Source: the human T2T-CHM13v2.0 reference genome, Homo sapiens
Length of the DNA stretch: 64,000 nt
Assembly (NCBI RefSeq): GCF_009914755.1
Contig: NC_060925.1
Direction: 5' to 3' (one strand)
Part shown: one piece after another, positions 43,606 to 60,867 of the stretch
Position numbering within the stretch: position 1 is the first letter of the stretch
Layout of the letters: each line of letters starts with the position of its first letter
Notes under the pieces: generated by a model
The model's database searches: none
Seen by the model: the letters and a program-made list of their open reading frames with translations, nothing else
Told to the model about the DNA's origin: nothing
Position numbers and translations under genes: made by a program

Positions 43606-44628
43606 CTGGGGAGAAACCAGAGAAGAAAAGCTGAAAATTCTAAAAACCAGAGCACTTTTTCTCCTCCAAAGGATCACAGCTCATCACCAGCAATGGAATA
43701 AAGCTGGATGGAGAATGACTTTGATGAGTTGACAGAAGTAGGCCTCAGAAGGTCAGTAATAACAAACTTCTCCAAGCAAAAGGAGCATGTTCTAACCCAT
43801 TGCAAGGAAGCTAAAAACCTTGAAACAAGGTTAGACAAATGGATAACTAGAATAAAGAGTGTAGAGAAGACCTTAAATGACCTGATGGAGCTGAAAACCA
43901 TGGCATGAGAACTACATGATGCATGCACAAGCTTCAGTAGCCAATTCAATCAAGTGGAAGAAAGGGTATCAGTGATGGAAGATCAAATTAATGAAATAAA
44001 GCGAGAAGAGAACTTTAGAGAAAAAAGAGTAAAAAGAAATGAACAAAGCATCAAAGAAATATAGGACTGTGTGAAAAGACCAAATCTACATTTGATTGGT
44101 GTGCCTGAAAGTGATGGGAGAATGGAACCAGGTTGGAAAACACTCTTCAGGCTATCATCCAGGAGAACTTCCAACCTAGCAAGGGAGGCCAACTTTCAAA
44201 TTCAGGAAATACAGAGAACACCACAAAGATACTCCTTGAGAAGAGCAACCCCAAGACACATAACTGTCAGATTCACCAAAGTTCAAATAAAGGAAAAAAT
44301 GTTAAGGGCAGCCAGAGAGAAAGGTCGGGTTACCCACAAAGGGAAGCACATCAGACTAACAGCGGATCTCTCAGCAGAAACCCTACAAGCCAGAAGAGAG
44401 TGGGAGCCAATATTCAACATTCTTAAAGAAAAGAATTTTCAACCCAGAATTTCATATCCAGCCAAACTAAGCTTCATAAGTGAAGGAGAAATAAAATCCT
44501 TTACAGACAAGCAAATGCTGAGAGATTTTGTCACCACCAGACCTGCCTTATAAGAGCTTCTGAAGGAAGCACTAAACTTGGAAAGGAACAACTGGTACCA
44601 GACATTGCAAAAACATGCCAAATTGTAA
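43606..44628 (+). pseudogene. L1 ORF1 remnant
   Basis: Start codon ATG>CTG at 43606; broken into ORFs 43708-43908 and 44071-44553 (RATPRHITVRFTK, KNFQPRISYPAKLSF). Confidence 0.9.
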
Positions 44629-44691
44629 AGACCATTGATGCTAGGAAGAAACTGCATCAACTAACCAGCAAAATAACCAGCTAACATCATA

Positions 44692-48508
<3,817 letters not shown>

Positions 48509-49417
48509 ACAATGGAATACTTGGACACAGGGTGGGGAACATTACACACCAGGGCCTGTCATAGGGTGGGGGCTGGGGGAGGGATAGCATGAGGAGAAAT
48601 ACCTAATGTAAATGATGAGTTAATGGGTGCAGCAAACCAACATGGCATGTGTATACCTATGTAACAAACCTGCACGCTGTGCACATGTACCCTAGAACTT
48701 AAAGTATAATAATAATAAAAATCTTAAATAAAAAAAAGAAAAGAAGGTTATCTCTAGGCTGTGGAAACTGGATGATTGTTACCACTTTAATTCTTTTCTC
48801 TACTTTCCAAATATTTAAAAATGGGCATGTATTGCATTTTATGTAATATCAGGAAAAGAAATATAAAAGGAAAATACTGTCCCCATCATAAATATGCACT
48901 TCATTGGCATCTCACCCTATTAAACACTGGTTATCAGTCTTTCCTTTTCACAATTTAATGAGCATTTCTGTTTTGCATCTGGCATTGTCTTTTAGGTTTG
49001 TAAGATTATTGCCGTGCATCTTAAAGTTTTATGAGCTATTTAGTCATTTAGACTCATAAAATATCTTCAGAGAATTGATCTAGCGGCTGAGCAATAGCAA
49101 TTCCTTCCCCACAGCACAAGTTCCAATCAGTTCACACCCAGTGTATAATATTGAATACATTTGTATTTACTTTTTAATTTTGTAGCAGTACAGATAACTC
49201 TGAGCTTTGTAATGTGATTTTTTAAAAAATTATATTGTAAATACATGTAGAAATTCACTAATTATTTTAAAGTATGAGTTGTTTTTGTTTTCCTTCAGTG
49301 ACTGTCAGAAACTGTCCATTTGGATTGTCACTTACATCATCATCGTCTACAGCAACATAAAATGACTTTGAATTTGGTTCAAACTAAAAGCATGATTTTT
49401 TTTTTTTTTAACTCCAG

Positions 49418-49529
49418 GAATGTATACAAAGACTATCGCTTCCTTGAGCTGGCATGTGATTCCCAGGAGGATGTCGACAGCTGGAAGGCATCTCTACTAA
49501 GAGCTGGGGTCTATCCTGACAAATCTGTA
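49418..49529 (+). CDS. DNM3: Internal coding exon of dynamin-3 (C-terminal part of PH domain), 112 nt
   Basis: T14-AACTCCAG acceptor (AG 49416-49417) and GTAAGT donor at 49530. Translation (R)[37 protein letters not shown] matches the dynamin PH-domain C-terminus. RFLELAC and PDKSV fit DNM3 rather than DNM1 or DNM2 as I recall them. Confidence 0.95.
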
Positions 49530-50979
49530 GTAAGTTGGATATATCTCTTATGTAAAAATTATTATTAGCTATGCTTAAGAAAATATTAATCCTACATACC
49601 ATAAGCTGGAGAAACTAGTTTTCTTACTGACTTAATTAATTAGTTACACTTTTAGCTGATACTTCGCTTACTCTTTTTATATTTTTTAACAATGCTTTTT
49701 CTCTGTTAGATTTCTATTTGAAGAAGTTAAACAATATATTTGTTAAAGAAAATGTCCTACTCAGCCATAAAACACATATGCAATCTCAGCTCAAGACAAA
49801 GTTTGTTTTATTTCAAAATTTCATTTTTCTCTATATGCTTTTTCATACTTATCATGGTATTAATACAATCAGTATATCATCAATCATAACACCAGCATTT
49901 TGACTTGCTTAAAATATACTCATTTTAATAAAAATCTATCCCCTTTCATTATGTCTATATTCCCTGTATCCATAAGTATATCTGTGTGCAAACTCTGTTT
50001 AATATCCTCATGAGTGTGAAAGAACAAAAAGAAATATATTGCTATTTCCACTTGTCTTTATTAATATGCTTCACGTGTCTTTAAGACACTTCTCTCATTC
50101 AAGTTAATAAACAGACCTTTTCTTTGTGTTCTTTGGAAAATGTAATATTACACAGACTAGTCTAAATTTAAACAGAAGTCTCACCCAACATATGTGCACC
50201 CACCGTTAAACAGACTCTGCCACTGAGTGGACCTCTCCACTTGCTGCTTCCTCCTGTATATCTAGATTATCCAGGTTTCTCCCCAGAACTAAAGTACTGA
50301 GACTAAGCCTTGGGGATTTAGTTCAGCTTAACTCCTGAGGTGCCTACTTGGCTCTCGATCAGTTTATAGGAATGATCATGCATGAGTTGGGTCCTTTTTA
50401 GGTTCAAAATAGGGAGAGAGTCTTTTCAAGAGAAAGTCTGAGATATGGGTGAAACATAGGACAATTAAAGTATTTCTAGGGGGGTTTCAGGGCTGACCAC
50501 ATCTCTGGGGTTATACTAAAATGTAACAGAGTTTCAGGAATACAGGATTGAGGACTTGCACCAAAATGTCGTCCTCTCTGCTGTTATTTTAACTCACACA
50601 TAGACCTCTTTATGCCATTGCATGCTATACTTGTCATCCTATACCTGTCTGACACCTAAAACAATGAACCTCCCACAATATGCTTTGTGCCCTCCAAATG
50701 GAAGTTAAACTAGATGCTTTCCTGTCAATAGCCAGGAGTACAGAAGCACGCATATATGATTTTCATAATTGTTGTCGAGTTGTTCTCCTGTTATATGCGT
50801 AGATATTTGCATAGATATATACCACTCTAAAGACTACATGTGAGAAGTCATTAAACATCAGAGTACCACTTTTACTTTTGTTTTTAACTCTATTACTTAT
50901 TACTCTTCCCTATCCATTGATGGTAGTGTGTTTAATTTCACAAATGTTCTATATTAAAAATGCACACATACCTAATTTT

Positions 50980-51560
50980 TTATTAACTCATTCCACACAA
51001 ACCTTTGGAGCATATGCTTTTTGCCAGCTGCCATTCTAGGCCCTGGTGATACAGAGGTGAACAATAGCAATAAAGTCCTGCCCCCACTGGAGCAGACATT
51101 AAACAAGGGAGTGAATAACGATAATTGTGCACCATTATTTAAGATAGTGATAAGTTCTATAAAATGTTAAGTAAGTTAAAGGGACAGACAGTGAGAGTAA
51201 GGGGCAGGCAAGCTTTATTTTTGTCAAGGTGATGAGGGAAGGCCTCTTTGAAGAGTTGACATTAGAGCAGGCTCTTCAAAGAAGGGAGGGAGTAAAGGAT
51301 CTGGAAGTCTGAAGAAGAGTATTCTTGGCAGAAGATAGCAAGTGCAAAACCAAGCTCAGTGTCTTAGAGGAGCAGCAAGGCCAGTGTGTCTGGAACACTG
51401 TGAGGGAAGACAAAGGTGGTAGTTGGTTAACAAGGAAAGAGGTCAGGGACCAGGTGATGTAGGCCTTGAAGGATGGGGCGAGCCTTTTGAATTTTATTCT
51501 AAGTGAGATGGAAGCCACTACTAGGTTTCAAGTCACTTAGTGACGATTTATATATTTAAA
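50980..51560 (-). mobile_element. L2
   Basis: CCATTCTAGGCCCTGGTGATACAGAGGTGAACAA..AGGGAAGGCCTCTTTGAAGAG. Confidence 0.75.
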
Positions 51561-51589
51561 AGCTCATTATGGTTGAGAATGATGAGAGG

Positions 51590-51845
51590 TAGTAAAGCAT
51601 GTGAGTTCAAGCAGGGCTGTTGTGTCACACCACTTATATTTACATTCCAGGTGCTTACTTCCAAGCTGTGAGGTCTTGGGCAGGTTACCTAGCCTTTTCA
51701 CATTTCAAGATTCTTATTTCTGAGATGAAGATAACAGTAGTCTTTTATAGGGCGGTTGATAGGATTGAATGAGATAATGCAGGGAAAGCATTGAACAGGG
51801 CAGGTACAAGTAAGCACTATATTTTCACTTATAATTATAATTATT
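51590..51845 (+). mobile_element. MIR
   Basis: AGCTGTGAGGTCTTGGGCAGGTTACCTAGCC..GATTGAATGAGATAATGCA..AAAGCA. Confidence 0.75.
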
Positions 51846-51998
51846 ATGATTCTTATTATGAACATTTTCATCAAAACTACTTTCTTTAACAGCTAGGGGA
51901 AGGTTGAAATACTGTGAATATTATCATACAGCCCAGTGAGATTATAAATACTTTGTTATTTTCTATCTTCCAAATATGCTTGTATGCTTGGTTATTTA

Positions 51999-52002
<4 letters not shown>

Positions 52003-52033
<31 letters not shown>
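52003..52033 (+). repeat. (TG)15 microsatellite
   Basis: Direct reading. Confidence 0.95.
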
Positions 52034-52034
<1 letters not shown>

Positions 52035-52149
52035 TGCCTTAACATGCAACTATAATGTTTGTGAAAATGTTTTGTTAAGTCATGATTTTGTAAATTAAAC
52101 CTATTTCAAATGCACTAGACAAGTTTGCCATTTAAACAAAAATAATGCT

Positions 52150-52302
52150 TAGCCAGGCACGGTGGCACACACCTGTGATCCCAGCTACAAGGGATGCCAG
52201 GAGGATTGCTTGAGCCTGGGAGGCCCAGGCTACAGTGTTCGTCCCACCGCACTCCAGCCTGTGTGAAAGAGTGATACCCTGTCTCAGAAACAAAAACAAA
52301 AA
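52150..52302 (+). mobile_element. Alu monomer (FRAM/AluJ arm)
   Basis: GCCAGGCACGGTGGCACACACCTGTGATCCCAGCTAC..GCACTCCAGCCTG..CCCTGTCTC. Confidence 0.8.
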
Positions 52303-54209
52303 CTTTCAATGAATCTCTTATGAGGGAAAAACTGTCCTAGAAAATCAAAGTTATCCATCTCCCAGTAAACTGGCTGGATTTTTATGTATCCATAGCTCTA
52401 CATCAAAAAGACAAAGAAATATTTTCTATTTTTAATTAGAATACTCAATTTTAAGCAAATCTCACAACACAATCTGTTTTGATTCTTTTTATATCATTTT
52501 TATTTGTTTATCAATGCATATTTGGTACAATTGCTTAGAAGATCAAGACAAACGAATTTTTAGTACATACCGAAGGCAACACAGGAAATTAAATTTAGCA
52601 GTGTGCGATGATATTGCCTTTTTTCAGTTTTCATCATAAACAATATTTGCATTTCTTATGCACCATGTAGTCCTACAGGTCATATTACATAATTGCTTGA
52701 CTTTCAGATATTTAAATGGCAGCTAACTGATGAAATTAACTAGAATGCTTATCTAAAGTTTCTATTTTGTGAACACTCACTTATATTTGGGGGAAGGAAA
52801 TTATTTTTAGGTAGTTATTCCTAATTTAGAAAGACTTGATGAAGTCAGAATAACCTAATAACAGATGCCTCCGTCTGTGTAAATTTTTAGAATGTCTAAG
52901 TAGTGTGATTTTGCTTTCATGTCAATAAACCATTGAGTCTACAAATCAGTCAATTGCTACCCTAATAATGAAACATTTATGTGTCATGCATGGACATGAG
53001 TCTAAACTTACAAAGTTCTGCTTTCTGCACAAGATACCTCTATTTTGACTGGAAAGAAATCTCTATATAGATCATTTTTAAAAATTGTGTAAGTTTGACA
53101 TCATTAGATAAACAGCCATAGCCCAAATTTGAATGAAATGCTGTGTTAGACAGATTTTATTTTCTAGTAAGGTTACATATGCTCACTTTTTAAAATACAT
53201 TCTCACTATATATTTTTTTCCATCACGTCCAAGTGATGGAATGGTTTTATGTCACTCATATCAAAATCTTCTGCTCCCCTGTTTCTTTTGTCTCTTAAGT
53301 TATTTATCTTGGGGTTTTCTAAAATTTTATTTCTTTCCTTCCCTTCCATCCTCTTTCCTCCCTTCTTTCTTTCCCTTCATCCATCACTATTAAAGTGGAC
53401 TCTAGAGATTCAAAGATTAAAAAGATGAAATTCCTACTTAATAGGAATGCTAAGCCTAGTGAAAGAGAAAGACACAAATAAATGCTCTACAATATGATAA
53501 GATCTACAGTGGATATCTGTATAAAATACAACAGCCCTACTATTTTTCCATATGGATTTTCTAATTACTTTTATTCTCTTTCACCTTTCTGGATCCAAAG
53601 CAAAATGTAGAATTTTTGTCTGAGCAGTGGCATCTATGGCTCTAAAATGGAAAGGAGGAGTCCTGGATTCAGGCTACTGACTTACTCTGTGAATTTACAC
53701 ATAACTTCCTTTGAGCCACAGATTTAGCATTCTACCAGTCACCTGATATTTCTGAGCAGCCACAATATTTTAAAACTATATTTAAATCTGAATTTGGATT
53801 TAGCAGAATTTTATTTTTTCCATTTCTATTTTCTATGGTCACTAAATTGAAATTACAACCATTGTAAAATTTGATATCATTAAATATGTAGGACTTTATC
53901 CAGTTTCAAAGTAAAGATGTCTCTAATGTAATTAATTGTTATTTTCACTGATGAGACTGAAATACAATCAGTCTGTATTGTGTGTGCGTATGTATCAGTG
54001 GTAAGAGGCTATGATTAGACAACTTTTAAAAGATTATTTTATTGACACGTACGTAAATTTTTCCTACATATGTGATTATAAATAAATGTGAATTTGATTT
54101 AATATCTAAAGAACATGATATAACAAACAACTGACTTTTCTGGCACAGTTTTGTTGGCTTACAATATTTAAATTACATAAAACATGAAAGAATTCTGAAT
54201 TTAAATTCC

Positions 54210-54455
54210 TTGAAACATAATGTGTGCCATGGAATGAGGTAGACTTCAAGTCAAATCCACTCACAGTTGGATCCTGAGCCTGCCATTTACTAGCCATGTG
54301 GCTCAGGCAACTTACTTAACCTTCCAATTGTTGATTCTTCTCTAAACTCAGAATAATGCCTTCCTCAGAGTGACTTTATAAGATTAAATGAAGGTTCTTC
54401 TGCATCACAACTAGTTCAGTACCTTCAACTGGGTGAATGTGTTCAATGTCTCATA
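54210..54455 (+). mobile_element. MIR
   Basis: TGCCATTTACTAGCCATGTGGCTCAGGCAACTTACTTAACC..AAGATTAAATGA. Confidence 0.75.
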
Positions 54456-54936
54456 GCATTTATTTATTTATTTATTTATTTATTTACTTACTTATTTTTA
54501 TTATACTTTAAGTTCTAGGATACATGTGCAGAATGTGCAGGTTTGTTACATAGGTATACGTGTGCCATGGTGGTTTGCTGCACCCATCAACCAGTCATCT
54601 ACATTACATATTTCTCCTAATGCTATCCCTCCCCTAGCCCCCTACCCCCCGACAGGCCCCAGTGTGTGATGTTCCCCTCCCTGTTTACACTGTTGGTGGG
54701 AGTGTAAATTAGTTCAACCATTGTGGAATGTAGTGTGGCAACTCCTCAAGGATCTAGAACCAGAAATACTGTTTGACTCAGCAATCCCATTACTGGACAT
54801 ATACCCAAAGGATTATAAATAATTCTACAATAAAGACACATGCACACGTATGTTTATTGCAGCACTGTTCACAATAGCAAAGACTTAGGACCCAAATGCC
54901 CATCAACGATAGACTGGATAAAGAAAATGTGGCACA

Positions 54937-55973
54937 GGGGGAGGAGCCAAGATGGCCGAATAGGAACAGCTCCGGTCTACAGCTCCCAGCGTGAGCAACG
55001 CAGAAGACGGGTGATTTCTGCATTTCCATCTGAGGTAGCAGGTTCATCTCACTAGGGAGTGCCAGACAGTGGGTGCAGGTCAGTGGGTGCAGCACGCGGT
55101 GCACGAGCCGAAGCAGGGCGAGGCATTGCCTCACTCAGGAAGTGCAAGGGGTCAAGGAGTTCCCTTTCCTGGTCAAGGAAAGGGGTGACAGACGGCACCT
55201 GGAAAATCAGGTCACTCCCACCCGCATACTGTGCTTTTCTGACGGGCTTAGGAAACGGTGCACCAGGAGAATTATATCCCGCACCTGGCTCAGAGGGTCC
55301 TACGCCCACGGAGTCTCGCTGATTGCTAGCACAGCAGTCTGAGATCAAACTGCAAGGTGGCAGCGAGGCTGAGGGAGGGGCGCCCGCCATTGCCCAGGCT
55401 TGCTTAGGTAAACAAAGCAGCCGGGAAGCTCCAACTGGCTGGAGCCCACCACAGCTCAAGGAGGCCTGCCTGCCTCTGTAGGCTCCACCTCTGGGGGCAG
55501 GGCACAGACAAACAAAAAGACAGCAGTAACCTCTGCAGACTTAAATGTCCCTGTCTGACAGCTTTGAAGAGAGCAGTGGTTCTCCCAGCACGCAGCTGGA
55601 GATCTGAGAACAGGCAGACTGCCTCCTCAAGTGGGTCCCTGACCCCTGACTCCCGAGCAGCCTAACTGGGAGGCACCCCCCAGTAGGGGCAGACTGACAC
55701 CTCACACGGCCGGGTACTCCTCTGAGACAAAACTTCCAGAGGAACAATCAGACAGCAGCATTCGCGGTTCATGAAAATCCACGGTTCTGCAGACACCGCT
55801 GCTGATACCCAGGCAAACAGGGTCTGGAGTGGACCTCTAGCAAAGTCCAACAGACCTGCAGCTGAGGGTCCTGTCTGTTAAAAGGAAAACTAACAAACAG
55901 AAAGGACATCCACACCAAAAACCCATCTGTACATCACCATCATCAAAGACCAAAAGTAGATAAAACCACAAAG
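54937..55973. promoter_or_regulatory. L1 5'UTR with internal sense promoter and antisense promoter
   Basis: Intact YY1 motif AAGATGGCCG, CpG-retaining UTR; promoter activity is known for the family but not shown here. Confidence 0.6.
55052..55390 (-). CDS. L1 ORF0 variant, open for 112 aa
   Basis: GCAATGG Kozak context; MAGAPPSASLPPCSLISDCCASNQRDSVGVGPSEPG is the ORF0 N-terminus; expression unproven. Confidence 0.45.
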   Translation of the reverse strand: MAGAPPSASLPPCSLISDCCASNQRDSVGVGPSEPGAGYNSPGAPFPKPVRKAQYAGGSDLIFQVPSVTPFLDQERELLDPLHFLSEAMPRPASARAPRAAPTDLHPLSGTP

Positions 55974-56987
55974 ATGGGGAAAAAACAGAGCAGAAAAACT
56001 GGAAACTCTAAAAAGCAGAGTGCCTCTCCTCCAAAGGAACGCAGTTCCTCACCAGCAACGGAACAAAGCTGGACATAGAATTACTTTGACGAGTTGAGAG
56101 AAGAAGGCTGCAGACGATCAAACTACTCCGAGCTACAGGAGGAAATTCAAACCAAAGGCAAAGAAGTTGAAAACTTTGAAAAAAATTTAGACAAATGTAT
56201 AACTAGAATAACCAATACAGAGAAGTGCTTAAAGGAGCTGATGGAGCTGAAAGCCAACGCTCGAGAACTACGTGAAGAATGCAGAAGCCTCAAGAACCAA
56301 TGCGATCAACTGGAAGAAAGGGTATCACTGATGGAAGATGAAATGAATGAAATGAAGTGAGAAGGGAAGTTTAGAGAAAAAAGAATAAAAAGAAACGAAC
56401 AAAGCCTCCAAGAAATATGGGACTATGTGAAAAGACCAAATCTGCGTCTGATTGGTGTACCTGACAGTGACGGGGAGAATGGAACCAAGTTAGAAAACAT
56501 TCTGCAGGATATTATCCAGGAGAACTTCCCCAATCTAGCAAGGCAGGCCAACGTTCAGATTCAGGAAATACAGAGAACGCCACAAAGATACTCCTCGAGA
56601 AGAGCAACTCCGAGACACATAATTGTCAGATTCACCAAAGTTGAAATGAAGGAAAAAGTGTTAAGGGCAGCCAGAGAGAAAGGTCGGGTTACCCACAAAG
56701 GGAAGCCCATCAGACTAACGGCGGATCTCTCGGCAGAAACTCTACAAGCCAGAAGAGAGTGGGAGCCAATATTCAACATTCTTAAAGAAAAGAATTTTCA
56801 ACCCAGAATTTCATATCCAGCCAAACTAAGCTTCATAAGTGAAGGAGAAATAAAATACTTCACAGACAAGCAAATGCTGAGAGATTTTGTCACCACCAGG
56901 CCTGCCCTGAAAGAGCTCCTGAAGGAAGCACTAAACATGGAAAGGAAAAACCGGTACCAGCCACTGCAAAATCATGCCAAAATGTAA
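55974..56987 (+). pseudogene. L1 ORF1, in frame but with two nonsense codons
   Basis: ATGGGGAAAAAACAG start; TAG at codon 35 and TGA at 56358-56360. Confidence 0.92.
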
Positions 56988-57050
56988 AGACCATCGAGAC
57001 TAGGAAGGAACTGCATGAACTACTGAGCAAAATAACCAGCTAACATCATA

Positions 57051-60867
<3,817 letters not shown>

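Noticed and set aside
49320-49568. 82-aa ORF as a standalone gene
   Set aside because: Only 49418-49529 is dynamin-like and it is bounded by splice sites; the flanks are intron read-through.
52003-52033. (TG)n tracts here and at 21754 as cryptic-exon guards
   Set aside because: Unlike 17232, no convincing adjacent acceptor-donor pair was seen.
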